DNA from: an uncultured virus (IMG/VR IMGVR_UViG_3300010883_027406)
Lineage: Duplodnaviria > Heunggongvirae > Uroviricota > Caudoviricetes
DNA: 64,000 bases
Direction: 5' to 3' (one strand)
Virus record (IMG/VR): IMGVR_UViG_3300010883_027406
Coordinates: 21,365-85,364 of that record
Positions 18,667 to 28,349 of the stretch are shown in pieces. The position numbers were made by a program, and so were the translations under genes. Below the pieces are notes generated by a model, which saw only the letters and a list, made by a program, of their open reading frames with translations, ran no database searches and had not been told where the DNA came from. The number at the start of each line of letters is the position of its first letter. The first letter of the stretch is position 1.

Positions 18667-19802
18667 TTGATGTTAATTCTCTTGTAAAGAGGGCAGCGGA
18701 GAAATCTAATTTTAATAGAGTTAGGTTTCAAGAGGCCAATATGCCTACCACAGTTTCTAATATTACGGCGATGCCTTTCTTTGGAGATATTAGATCTATT
18801 TTTATATTGTCGTCTATGCTTCTTCATCGCTATAAAGAAGAAAAGAAAAGTTCTAAGTATTTTATTCTTTGTTCTTGGCCAGGGTTTGAAAGTTTATTTC
18901 CTTATGTAGATGAATATTGGTCTGTTGAAGGAGGGAATGATCTTTCTTTTTATGGGTCTTCTTTAGATTTTTCTAACACCAATAAATTAGCTGTTATGCA
19001 TCATCGTAATTTGAATATGTATTTTGAAGATGTAGTTGATCACAAAGAGTTTGACCCATTTTATTCTTCTGGATTAAAACCAGAATTTTTTGACACATTT
19101 AAAAATTTTAAAAGATTTCTACCTTTAGTTCCATCGTCTGGAATGTTGAGCGCATCTTTTAATAAAGAAATGGTTAGTCGCTCTGGATATAAGGTGTTTG
19201 TTTATCCGTCTGTTTATATCAAAAGATGGAAAGGCGGTAGGTCTGTTAGCCATAAGACTAAAAAGTTGTTTTGGGTTGGCTTTATTAAGAAACTGATTGA
19301 CGCTGGGTATGTTCCTGTCGTGTACAACAGCGTGTGGACTCATAATGTATCAGATGAATTCACAAACGAATGTATCTTTGTAAAGGATGAGGGCGTAGAC
19401 AAGATGATGTCCTGCATGAGGGCGGTTGGTTGTGTTATAGACCTTTTTAGTGACATTTCAATGATGGCGATTGCTGCTAGAACTCCTTATTTGGCTGTTG
19501 ATGAAAGAATGAGGTGTAATAATTGTAATACTAAAGAGATAGAAGGTCTGTGTGCTAATTCGCTTCCTAAGCAGCATATTTATACTTTTGCTACTATAAT
19601 AGATAGTGACGTTAAGGATATACAAGATAAATCTATTTTTGACTTAGTGATAGCCAGGTTGGATTCATTTTTGCCTAGTTTGAATAGAGACTCTTGGCCA
19701 TCTACGTCGGAAACAATTGAAGTAGTTCCTTACAAAACTGTGAGGGCAAAAAAAACAAAACGAATCGGAACAAGGTTCATAAAAATACCTAAGGATTTAT
19801 AA
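18654..19802 (+). CDS. GT9-like protein, probable divergent paralogue of upstream gene
   Basis: LFPYVDEYW, FW..FIKKL...GY.PV, ID..SDISMMAIAARTP parallel the upstream gene. Confidence 0.5.
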   Translation: MDGMIDVNSLVKRAAEKSNFNRVRFQEANMPTTVSNITAMPFFGDIRSIFILSSMLLHRYKEEKKSSKYFILCSWPGFESLFPYVDEYWSVEGGNDLSFYGSSLDFSNTNKLAVMHHRNLNMYFEDVVDHKEFDPFYSSGLKPEFFDTFKNFKRFLPLVPSSGMLSASFNKEMVSRSGYKVFVYPSVYIKRWKGGRSVSHKTKKLFWVGFIKKLIDAGYVPVVYNSVWTHNVSDEFTNECIFVKDEGVDKMMSCMRAVGCVIDLFSDISMMAIAARTPYLAVDERMRCNNCNTKEIEGLCANSLPKQHIYTFATIIDSDVKDIQDKSIFDLVIARLDSFLPSLNRDSWPSTSETIEVVPYKTVRAKKTKRIGTRFIKIPKDL

Positions 19803-20038
19803 TGGCAACGAATGTTAGGGTCACGGCAAGGAAGAATCGCAGCGGCAGGAATGAAGATAAAGATCGGACGTTTAAAACTTTACTTTCAGATTTCAAAAGA
19901 GCTTGCAATGACGCAAATATATTGCAAGAGTTAAAACGAAGACAGTATTTTGAAAGCAAGTCCGATAAAAAAAGAAGAAAAAAACGTGAGGCTATTGCCG
20001 AAGCGAGACGACAGGGAAGAAAAGAATATAGAGGTTAA
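19802..20038 (+). CDS. rpsU: 30S ribosomal protein bS21
   Basis: VRV...F..LL..FKR.C....ILQELKRRQYFESKSDKKRRKK.EA; 78 aa, basic. Confidence 0.88.
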   Translation: MATNVRVTARKNRSGRNEDKDRTFKTLLSDFKRACNDANILQELKRRQYFESKSDKKRRKKREAIAEARRQGRKEYRG

Positions 20039-20044
20039 AAACTG

Positions 20045-20299
20045 ATGGCTAAAAATGTGAGTATTGTCAGCCTTTCTCTGAATCCAGAGATGCACCAAAG
20101 GCTCAAGCGTTGCGCTAAACAAAAAGGCGATTCTGTCTCTAAAGTTGTTAGAGACTTAATTGATAAGTATTTGATAAGCGATGACGATGTTATTCCGGTT
20201 ATTTTAAAAATACCTGTGGAATTTAAAGGTGACAGTAAAGAGCTTGAGAAGTGGCTTGACATTAAGGTCAATGCTATTTTGCAGGTGTTGGGTAAATGA
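20045..20299 (+). CDS. ribbon-helix-helix (CopG-like) DNA-binding protein
   Basis: IVSLSLNPEMHQRLKRCAKQKGDSVSKVVRDLIDKYL. Confidence 0.75.
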   Translation: MAKNVSIVSLSLNPEMHQRLKRCAKQKGDSVSKVVRDLIDKYLISDDDVIPVILKIPVEFKGDSKELEKWLDIKVNAILQVLGK

Positions 20300-20790
20300 A
20301 GTTAGTTGAAATTGATGAGATCCCAACCACATGTGATGAAATTCCGCTTGATGATTTGTTAAAAGTTTATGCATCATGTTTAATGATGTTGTCAATCTGC
20401 AAAGAAAGCAACGGGGTTGGTCTTTCTGCTTTTCAAGTTGGAATTCCGTGGAAGTTGTTTGTTGTCAATTATGCTGGACTTGAAGGGTTTTATATTGATT
20501 GTGAGTATGAGGCTCTTGAAGATGAAAAAATAAGCTCTATTGAAGGGTGTCTGTCCCTTCTTAATGAAGATGGTTCTTGTAAGAGATTTAAAGTTGAGCG
20601 GGATCGGCGTGTTAGAATAATTGGTAAAAAATTGGTTTTATCTGATGGATCTGTTGGTTTGGCTGTTCATGATGTTGATATGGACTTGGATGGTGCGATA
20701 AGTATAATATTTCAACATGAGATTGACCATCATCATGGAATATTAATTAGTGATCATGGTGACGAATATTACATTCATGGGGTGAGCTAA
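20296..20790 (+). CDS. def: peptide deformylase
   Basis: GVGLSAFQVG, EGCLS, QHEIDHHHG. Confidence 0.93.
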   Translation: MKLVEIDEIPTTCDEIPLDDLLKVYASCLMMLSICKESNGVGLSAFQVGIPWKLFVVNYAGLEGFYIDCEYEALEDEKISSIEGCLSLLNEDGSCKRFKVERDRRVRIIGKKLVLSDGSVGLAVHDVDMDLDGAISIIFQHEIDHHHGILISDHGDEYYIHGVS

Positions 20791-20791
20791 T

Positions 20792-21070
20792 ATGCCTTTG
20801 TCTAAAGACCAAGTTTCAGATGTGTGCTTATTAGGTCAAGGAACTCAGCAGTGTAGGTACTTGGCGGAAGATGATGTAGTTAGAAATATGTTTTATTGTT
20901 TGAAAAAGTCAAAAGATAAGAAGGACAAGATAGATGTGGAAGTTTCATCTCTTGTTAAAGATTTGAAAAGAAAAGGCAAAGACATCGACGCCCAGAATAT
21001 TCCGGTAGGAAATAATTGTAGTGGATATATCATATTAAAGCATATAGAACAAGGGTACGATGTTAAATGA
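20792..21070 (+). CDS. hypothetical Cys-containing protein
   Basis: 92 aa, VC..G.G..QCRYL...YC.K...NC.G. Confidence 0.7.
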   Translation: MPLSKDQVSDVCLLGQGTQQCRYLAEDDVVRNMFYCLKKSKDKKDKIDVEVSSLVKDLKRKGKDIDAQNIPVGNNCSGYIILKHIEQGYDVK

Positions 21071-21330
21071 AACTTTATTTAATTTAGTCACATTTAATTT
21101 AGCCATGGCTTTTTTAAATGAAATTTTATATAGATTTTTTCATAATAAGATAAATCTTTGGTGTGTGTATTGTTCTTTGGGAACATCTATTATTTGTTTA
21201 ATTTATTTATTTATTTTAGGTTGAATGAAATGGAAAAGTTGACTGTTTTGATGTGTGACATCTATTTGCTTGGCGCCATAATCGGCCTCGCAATCCCGGT
21301 ACTTTTGAGTGTCTTCGGGGAAAAACAAGT

Positions 21331-21837
21331 TTAGTTGTCTTTCTTTTGAGCTTTAACCATCAAGTGATATACTTTGGCTTCTACATTGGTATGCCTAGCG
21401 GCCAAGAACACTTTGTCTTCAAGTGCGGGATCTTTTTTTCCGACTATTTCTTGAGCTAGAATTTCGGCAACCTTTTCTGATTTTTTAGCTTTATCTCTAT
21501 AGTGCCAAAGCAACATGCCTACAATGGAAAGGGAAAACACCATTATAAGCGCCCCATCTCCTTGTAGTATTTGAATGCCGGAATTGTTATTAGATGATAA
21601 TCTGGCATTTAAGTTAACCCATCCTTGTTGCAAGGCTTCTAATTCGCTATCAGTGATGGTGTTTTCTGCTCTTAAGTTGCCTAATTCGGTTGATATTCCG
21701 TTTTGAATGCTTCTTATTTCATCTATTTTTCCATTTTGATTATCAATATGTTCTTCCTGTCGAGGGGATAGATTGTTGCATCCGCTCACCGCCACTAGTG
21801 AAATTACAAATATTAATGATAAAATGATTTTTTGCAT
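21331..21837 (-). CDS. putative lipoprotein with coiled coil and TM segment
   Basis: signal peptide ending VSGC lipobox; AGGAG SD; later hydrophobic helix. Confidence 0.7.
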   Translation of the reverse strand: MQKIILSLIFVISLVAVSGCNNLSPRQEEHIDNQNGKIDEIRSIQNGISTELGNLRAENTITDSELEALQQGWVNLNARLSSNNNSGIQILQGDGALIMVFSLSIVGMLLWHYRDKAKKSEKVAEILAQEIVGKKDPALEDKVFLAARHTNVEAKVYHLMVKAQKKDN

Positions 21838-21929
21838 GTTTGCTCCTACATTTATGTATTGACTTGAGTCTTAATTTGCATTTTAATTGCAAAATGTTTC
21901 AACAGTGATAAAATTTAGGAGAAGTTTAA

Positions 21930-22319
21930 ATGGATTTGCAACCTGCTGTTTACGAAAGTAGTTTTTTAAAAAATAACGCTCTTGATTTTGCTGAAGACAT
22001 TAGGAATTTGTCTAAAGAGTATATTGCTAATTTCTTCAAGTATGAAGAAATACATTTGGGTGGTAAAATTCCTAATGAAATTATGCATTCTTCTAATTAT
22101 ATTGATCTTGTAATTAATGCCGATATTACTTCTGGGGTAGCTGCGATTTATAAGGCATTAGAGAAATATGAATTAGATGAGGAAGAACAAATTAAATTAG
22201 TTTTAGGCATTTTGAATAAGTGTGCCAGTCGAGGGGTGCCTAAATTTTTTGCCGCAGGGGTAACAATTATGTACATGGAGATTTGTAAGGGTGTTGAAGT
22301 TTCTGAATTAGTAGAATAA
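21930..22319 (+). CDS. hypothetical protein
   Basis: 129 aa, AGGAG SD. Confidence 0.7.
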   Translation: MDLQPAVYESSFLKNNALDFAEDIRNLSKEYIANFFKYEEIHLGGKIPNEIMHSSNYIDLVINADITSGVAAIYKALEKYELDEEEQIKLVLGILNKCASRGVPKFFAAGVTIMYMEICKGVEVSELVE

Positions 22320-22320
22320 A

Positions 22321-22629
22321 ATGAGTTCTGATCATAATTTATTATTTTTGTCTGGTAGGTTTTTAGAGATCAATTTATCAAAAGACAAAATGTATTTATT
22401 TAAATATTTTAAAGCCGATGCGCAAAAGCAGTTTGTGGTTTATTATTTAGAATTTGGAGAATTGACTCATTTTGTTGATCACACTGGTTATAAGATTACA
22501 AAGAGATGGCTGTTTAAATTACAGTCCAAACTTTTGAAGCTTTTAGAAGTTCATAATAAATTTAAACAAGAAATGGACACAGAAAACTTGGCTTTGTTAA
22601 AGATGGGCAAATATGACTTGGGAAATTAA
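22321..22629 (+). CDS. hypothetical protein
   Basis: 102 aa, contiguous with neighbours. Confidence 0.7.
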   Translation: MSSDHNLLFLSGRFLEINLSKDKMYLFKYFKADAQKQFVVYYLEFGELTHFVDHTGYKITKRWLFKLQSKLLKLLEVHNKFKQEMDTENLALLKMGKYDLGN

Positions 22630-23704
22630 AAGAGGGTTTCTTCCTGGCAATGATCCTTTAATTAGTTCCGATGATCTTAAAGATTTGGATGAATTGGGGA
22701 AGAACATCCCTGAGTGGATGAGCCAAAGGAGAGTTAGGGAAGAGTTGGTGCATGGGTTAAGAGAAGCGATTGATCTCAGCCGAGGGTCGTGGCGAAGTGG
22801 TGATGAATTAGAACATGCAATGCGACTTTATTCGTATTTTGCTAGTTCTTACGTTTTTGCAACTAATGAAGAACCGGCATCCAGAATCCCTAAGGAGATA
22901 TCAGTTCCTTTGGTCGATCTTGCAGGCGTAGTTGGACGAAAGCCAATTCTTTCTTATGCTTCCTATTGTCTTTATAATTGGAAAAAACTTGATCCCAACA
23001 AAGATATAGTTGTAGATAATTTAGATTTAATTCAATATTTTACACATGGAGATAATTCAAGTCATGAGGCGTGGTTTATATTAGTTCATGTAGATATTGA
23101 GGCTCGTGCGGCTGAAGGCATTGGTGCCATAATAGATTATTTTTCTGATCCCACCGAAGTTCTTTCTGATTGTTTATCTAAGTTGAAATTGAGTTTTCAA
23201 AAAGTAAACGCAACTATGTTGCGGATGGCAGAGGGGTGTTCTCCTGATTTTTATTATAATAAGGTTAGACCTTATATTTTCAGTTTTGAGAATGTAGTTT
23301 ATGAAGATTGCTTTGATAATAAGCCTCAAACATTTCGTGGAGAAACGGGGGCACAAAGTTCTATTGTTCCGGCTGTAATTGCTGCATTAGGAATTAAACA
23401 CAAAGAATCTATTTTGACAAAACATCTTGATGTAATGAGAGATTATATGCCTCCATTTCATCGTAATTTTATTTTAGAGCAAGAAAACGACAGGAATTTA
23501 AGAGATTTTGTAAAAACTGATGAGGAAAAACATCTTTATAATGATTGCGTACAGGAGGTATTAGATTTTAGGAAGACACATTTAGAGTATGCCATAAATT
23601 ATATTCATAAAAAAGTTGATAATCCGAAAGGGACGGGAGGAACTCCTTATATGGAGTGGCTTTCTAAGCTAGTTGATGAGACTGAAAATTTTTTAATTGA
23701 ATAA
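22613..23704 (+). CDS. indoleamine 2,3-dioxygenase family heme protein
   Basis: PILSYASYCLYNW, EAWFILVHV.IE, FRGETGAQSS, MRDYMPP.HR, FRKTH (proximal His), GTGGTPY..WL. Confidence 0.92.
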   Translation: MTWEIKRGFLPGNDPLISSDDLKDLDELGKNIPEWMSQRRVREELVHGLREAIDLSRGSWRSGDELEHAMRLYSYFASSYVFATNEEPASRIPKEISVPLVDLAGVVGRKPILSYASYCLYNWKKLDPNKDIVVDNLDLIQYFTHGDNSSHEAWFILVHVDIEARAAEGIGAIIDYFSDPTEVLSDCLSKLKLSFQKVNATMLRMAEGCSPDFYYNKVRPYIFSFENVVYEDCFDNKPQTFRGETGAQSSIVPAVIAALGIKHKESILTKHLDVMRDYMPPFHRNFILEQENDRNLRDFVKTDEEKHLYNDCVQEVLDFRKTHLEYAINYIHKKVDNPKGTGGTPYMEWLSKLVDETENFLIE

Positions 23705-23706
23705 CA

Positions 23707-23713
23707 ATATATA
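23707..23713 (+). promoter_or_regulatory. putative late-type promoter element
   Basis: ATATATA-ttttt-ATG. Confidence 0.55.
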
Positions 23714-23718
23714 TTTTT

Positions 23719-23928
23719 ATGGATATAATTAGTTTTAAAGATTGGATTTTGGCACAAGAATCCAGTCCTTTCACCAGACGAAGACGTGCAGCGGCTTTGG
23801 GATTGGCTCCGCCAATACCAGCGGCGTCGGTGCATAGTCATGGAACCGCACACCCTTTTGAGGTTGAAATGCTTGTAAAAGCAAATAAAAAGCCAAAGAA
23901 GAAGAGGAACAAAAAAAAGAATAAATAA
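23719..23928 (+). CDS. small basic protein with capsid-targeting-like N-terminus
   Basis: MDIISFKDWILAQE then Arg/Lys-rich body. Confidence 0.65.
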   Translation: MDIISFKDWILAQESSPFTRRRRAAALGLAPPIPAASVHSHGTAHPFEVEMLVKANKKPKKKRNKKKNK

Positions 23929-23949
23929 GAAGGCTTTCTCTCTTATTGG

Positions 23950-24309
23950 GTGAAAAATATAAAAGGTAAAAATAGTGTTGTGAGCCGTATAGTATTTTAC
24001 ATACAGTTAGTTTTTATTTCCTTGGTTGCATCATATGACTCATATCTTGCCGTCAAGCTTAGAGATACTCTATATAGTGCAGAACTTAACCCGTTAGGTC
24101 GGATGCTTATTAGGATGGACAATGGAGATGTTGCTCTCTTTATGGGGGCAAAGATGTTGGGAACGATTTTTGTCTTGGGTATTCTTCTTTTTTTATATTA
24201 TTATAAAGAAAGTTGGGCTGGCGCACACAAGGTGAGAAATTGGGCCTTGCCAGTCACTGCTTTTGTTACGCTAGTTCAAGTAATGGTTTTATGTTTTTTA
24301 TGTTCTTAA
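23950..24309 (+). CDS. membrane protein (DUF5658-like)
   Basis: three hydrophobic helices, D..L...ELNPL...F...K pattern. Confidence 0.6.
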   Translation: MKNIKGKNSVVSRIVFYIQLVFISLVASYDSYLAVKLRDTLYSAELNPLGRMLIRMDNGDVALFMGAKMLGTIFVLGILLFLYYYKESWAGAHKVRNWALPVTAFVTLVQVMVLCFLCS

Positions 24310-24310
24310 A

Positions 24311-24727
24311 ATGAAATTAAGCGGAAATAACAAAAACGTAAGAGATGTAAAATCTTCTATAGAAGTTTTTCTTGAGGAAGAAGAAACTCTGGTTGTTGCT
24401 GTGGCAGTTAGTGAAAATGAAGACGATAATAAAGTTTGTCGTATAAAGTGCGATGGGATAGCAATTGGGGGATATGCTTATGATTCATCTTCTGATGTGT
24501 GCTATGTGGAAGGTTGCGACCACATATTGTTGGGCTTAATACCTATTTCATTTACTATGAAAATTAAGGGTGTTTCTAGATACCAAATTTCCATTCCTCT
24601 TCCTGAGCCTGTTGTCAAAAGGCATCTTGATGCCGGTCAAAAGAGATTGCTGAAAAACTTTTCTTCTAGATTTAGTCAAGATAAATATAAAATAGATTTT
24701 TTTCAGATGACAGGGGTTAATTCGTGA
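24311..24727 (+). CDS. hypothetical protein
   Basis: 138 aa, stop overlaps next start. Confidence 0.7.
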   Translation: MKLSGNNKNVRDVKSSIEVFLEEEETLVVAVAVSENEDDNKVCRIKCDGIAIGGYAYDSSSDVCYVEGCDHILLGLIPISFTMKIKGVSRYQISIPLPEPVVKRHLDAGQKRLLKNFSSRFSQDKYKIDFFQMTGVNS

Positions 24728-25296
24728 CAAAAAAAATTGTTCATCCTAGAAATGTCCCCTCGAAGCATGACTACTATATGGGACAGGCTTTTTGGGCTTC
24801 ATCTAGATCAAAAGATCCTCGGACTCAATGTGGGGCGGTAATAGTTAGTGATGAAAATCGTCCTCTGGGTATGGGATATAATGGCCCGCCTAAAAAAATT
24901 GATGATTCTAAAATGGATTGGGGACGAAAAAACGAGACAAAACATACTGCTTTGGATCGTGCGGGAAAGTACCCATTGATTAAGCACGCAGAAGAGAATG
25001 CCATTAAATATTCGTCCGAATGCCTTTCAGGGGCGACGTTATATGTTACTGGTCCACCGTGTTCTAATTGTATGTTAAGTATTGTTGACGAGGAAATTTC
25101 AAAAGTGATTTATTTTCCTTATTTGTCCTCAGATTCGGGTTCTATGTTGGCCGATAGTGATGACTGGGAGATATGTCAAGATATTGCTCGGTTGGGGCAT
25201 GTTGGGATTGTTGCTTTTGAAGGCAATTTAAATTGGATGCGGGATCAAATGGAAATGTTCAACAACATGGGCATATTTAAGAGTCTTAAAAATTAG
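24724..25296 (+). CDS. dCMP deaminase
   Basis: SKDPRTQCGA, GYNG, HAEENA, PCSNC. Confidence 0.93.
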   Translation: MTKKIVHPRNVPSKHDYYMGQAFWASSRSKDPRTQCGAVIVSDENRPLGMGYNGPPKKIDDSKMDWGRKNETKHTALDRAGKYPLIKHAEENAIKYSSECLSGATLYVTGPPCSNCMLSIVDEEISKVIYFPYLSSDSGSMLADSDDWEICQDIARLGHVGIVAFEGNLNWMRDQMEMFNNMGIFKSLKN

Positions 25297-25311
25297 AAGT
25301 TATTCATTGCT

Positions 25312-25318
25312 ATATATA
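25312..25318 (+). promoter_or_regulatory. putative late-type promoter element
   Basis: ATATATA-atagc-ATG. Confidence 0.55.
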
Positions 25319-25323
25319 ATAGC

Positions 25324-26688
25324 ATGATTAACTATCCATCGAATACCTCTGGTAGCTGCAATAATAAAACGGGTTGTCCTACAACTTCGTATTGCCCTGA
25401 TTTTCAAATTAAAAGGTTTGATACCAAGCCTTCATTCAAGGTGTCTCTTGTAGACTGTAAAGGCCCTTTGAACATTCATGGGCTTATCGCAGAAGCCAAT
25501 ATGTGGGCTGAGGCCAAGTTAAAGAGCGCACTCACAGCAGGCACCCAAGCGACAGGCACAGTCACTATTGTTGAAGAAGCAAATTTGGTTGCAACCACTC
25601 ATTATATTACCATTACTACGACTGACGGAACTGTAATAACGGCAACAGTTACAGCAAATGGAGGAGCTACCACAACCACTAATACAAATTCTCCAACTTG
25701 GGCAATAGTGGATGCCAGCGAAGCCTCTACTGCTGTTAATTTGGCAACTTGTTTAAATGCCAATTCTAAATTGATTGCTACTGCCAGCAATGGAGTGGTG
25801 ACAATAACACAACTTGCTTCTGGTACTGCTGGAAATGCAGCTATTGCTTTGACCGATCCTGCTGCTGGTATGTCTAAAGTTGATTTTACAGGAGGAGTAG
25901 ATCCTAGTCTTTCTTTAAGTTTGGCTGATAATATTGGTTTTGAACAGGTAATGGTTGGCGATGTCATAATTATGGAACGTGCTCGACGGCCTGAGCACAT
26001 GTTGGTAAAGGCCTTTGATGAAACAAATAGTTTGATTAGCGTCCAAAGGTCTTATAACGACACAGAGGCTTTTGCATGGAAGAAGGGTTCCAAATTAAAA
26101 ATATTTAGAGTTTTAAATTCTTCTGCTGATGTTGAGTTGGTTTTTGAAGATGTTATTCAAGTAGATGGAACTTCAAAAAGCACTCTTGTTGAGGCCGATG
26201 TCCTTTATGATTGGAAAGCCAATGACACTTGCTTGTCTGGTTGCTATTTATTTGAATTTAAATTGATTAAAATGCAGGAGATATTATACTTTTTGCAAGG
26301 AGGAAGTTGGGCGGGAGAAACTCATCAAGTATCCGGTGTATATTATACGGGTACCTCCGCAACAGATAGTTCTGTTCCGTTGTCGTATGATCCTGAAACG
26401 GGAACTTTTTTGCTTCCTTCTACTCAATGGACTGGAAACAATCATGTGGTTGATCCAGATTATAAGACGGGCACATCAGAAAATGATGGATCGGTCGTAT
26501 TAAACACGACTGGAGTTGAATCTGATAATTCTGTAGTATATGGCCAAGCCTTTACTGATTCGTCATTTGCGGTGACTGATTTTGGCTGTGGTCTTTCGGA
26601 TGGGGTAGAATGGGTGCGCAGTTACCCCAAAAATAAGGAAGGTTTTTTTGTTGAAATAACAAGTTCGCCAATTTCGGAGAACTATTAA
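25324..26688 (+). CDS. putative virion structural protein (BppU-like Ig frame) with inserted ATxTVTI...FTGGVD module
   Basis: IKRFDTKP.F.V.L.D...YDW...DT..SG.Y.FEF resembles a baseplate-upper-type domain; Thr/Ala-rich insert 25549-25902. Confidence 0.55.
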   Translation: MINYPSNTSGSCNNKTGCPTTSYCPDFQIKRFDTKPSFKVSLVDCKGPLNIHGLIAEANMWAEAKLKSALTAGTQATGTVTIVEEANLVATTHYITITTTDGTVITATVTANGGATTTTNTNSPTWAIVDASEASTAVNLATCLNANSKLIATASNGVVTITQLASGTAGNAAIALTDPAAGMSKVDFTGGVDPSLSLSLADNIGFEQVMVGDVIIMERARRPEHMLVKAFDETNSLISVQRSYNDTEAFAWKKGSKLKIFRVLNSSADVELVFEDVIQVDGTSKSTLVEADVLYDWKANDTCLSGCYLFEFKLIKMQEILYFLQGGSWAGETHQVSGVYYTGTSATDSSVPLSYDPETGTFLLPSTQWTGNNHVVDPDYKTGTSENDGSVVLNTTGVESDNSVVYGQAFTDSSFAVTDFGCGLSDGVEWVRSYPKNKEGFFVEITSSPISENY

Positions 26689-26706
26689 TATTAACTTGGA
26701 GGATAG

Positions 26707-28332
26707 ATGCCTTCCGTATCTGATTTTTTAATCGAGCGGCTAGAGAACGCTAAGGTCGGGCATGTCTTTGGTCTGCCTGGGGATTATGTATTAAATTTTT
26801 ACAATAAGCTTTCCAAGTCTAAAGATATAAATCTTATAAATACAACCGATGAAAGCCATGCTGGATTTGCTGCTGACGCTTATTCTCGGATTAAAGGAAT
26901 TGGCTGTGTTTGTGTGACTTATAGCGTTGGTGGATTGAAGGTAGTTAACGCCACCGCTTGTGCCTTTGCTGAGAAATCTCCATTGATAGTTATATGTGGG
27001 TCTCCTGGGGTTAAGGAGCGTGAGAGCGGAGTTCTTTTGCATCATATGGTTAGAAGTTTTGAGAGTCAAAAAGAAGTATTTGACAACATAACATGTGCAA
27101 GTGTAGTTCTAGACAATCCTGCGACTGCTGGTTACGAAATTGATAGGGTTTTCGAGGCTCTTCATTATTACAAGCAACCAATATACATTGAGCTTCCACG
27201 AGATATAGCCGACAAGCCAATTGGGTATGATGTCAAGCTTGGAACTCCTAAATCCCCTGAAAGTGATGTTCAGAATTTAAATGAATCTCTTGAGGAGGTT
27301 GTTGATTGGATTGAGGGTGCTGAAAATCCTGTTATTTTAGCCGGTGTTGAACTTGCTCGTTTTGGCCTTGGAAAGGAATTGGTTCGATTCGCAGAGAAGA
27401 CCAATATACCCATCGCAAGCACATTATTGAGCAAGTCAGTAATAAGTGAAACTCACCCTTTGTTTTTAGGAGTTTATGCAGGCAACACTAGTGAACAATT
27501 GGTTAAAGAGTCCGTTGAAAATTCTGATTGTCTTTTAATGTTTGGAGCAATGTTGACTGATATGACGCTTGGTTTTATGCCATCCAAGTTCAAAAAAAGG
27601 AGAACGGTTTCTTGCTCTATTGATTCTTTGAAAGTTAAAAATCATGTTTATACAGATGTTGTTTTTGAGGATTTTGTTTGTGGTTTGTTTAAATCTGAAA
27701 TAACTAAAAAGCCCAACCCTGACGTTCCTAAGATTAAAGTTAAAAAATATAAATCTGTGAAAAACAATGCTTTGACTTCAACTAGAATTTTTGAAAAAAT
27801 AGGTTCTATTCTTGACGAAAACATGGCAATAGTTTGCGATATAGGCAATTCTTTGTTTGGTGCAATTGATTTAAGAGTCCACCACAGCAATCAATTTCTT
27901 TCACCTGCTTTTTATACTTCTATGGGATTTGCCATACCTGGCATTCTTGGACTGGGGATGGCTGCTCCTAATTATAGGGCAATTGCGATATTGGGGGACG
28001 GTGCATTTCAAATGTCATGCACAGAGTTGAGTACTTGTATTGACAATGATCTTAATCCTATTATTATCGTTCTTAATAATGGGGGGTATACAACAGAAAG
28101 ATTTTTGTTGGACGGTCCTTTTAATGACATTAGAAATTGGGAATATCATAAAATAACTGAAATGTTAAATGGTGGCGATGGAGTAAAGATAGAGACGGAA
28201 GGTGACTTGGACAAAGCGTTTGAGCAAGCTTTGGCAAGCAAAGAGCTTTTTATAATTAATGCTATTGTTGACCCTAAAGATATTTCCCCTGCCTTAGAAA
28301 GAATGGCAAAAGGTTTATCTAAGAGGGTGTGA
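26707..28332 (+). CDS. ThDP-dependent 2-oxo-acid decarboxylase (indolepyruvate/pyruvate decarboxylase family)
   Basis: FGLPGDY.L, E..AGFAADAYSR, TYSVGGL, LLHH, GDGAFQM...NNGGYTTER. Confidence 0.92.
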   Translation: MPSVSDFLIERLENAKVGHVFGLPGDYVLNFYNKLSKSKDINLINTTDESHAGFAADAYSRIKGIGCVCVTYSVGGLKVVNATACAFAEKSPLIVICGSPGVKERESGVLLHHMVRSFESQKEVFDNITCASVVLDNPATAGYEIDRVFEALHYYKQPIYIELPRDIADKPIGYDVKLGTPKSPESDVQNLNESLEEVVDWIEGAENPVILAGVELARFGLGKELVRFAEKTNIPIASTLLSKSVISETHPLFLGVYAGNTSEQLVKESVENSDCLLMFGAMLTDMTLGFMPSKFKKRRTVSCSIDSLKVKNHVYTDVVFEDFVCGLFKSEITKKPNPDVPKIKVKKYKSVKNNALTSTRIFEKIGSILDENMAIVCDIGNSLFGAIDLRVHHSNQFLSPAFYTSMGFAIPGILGLGMAAPNYRAIAILGDGAFQMSCTELSTCIDNDLNPIIIVLNNGGYTTERFLLDGPFNDIRNWEYHKITEMLNGGDGVKIETEGDLDKAFEQALASKELFIINAIVDPKDISPALERMAKGLSKRV

Positions 28333-28349
28333 ATTAATGGAGATTTACG

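Noticed and set aside
21071-21230. Replication origin in AT-rich gap
   Set aside because: No iterons, DnaA-box cluster or skew switch evident; only AT richness.
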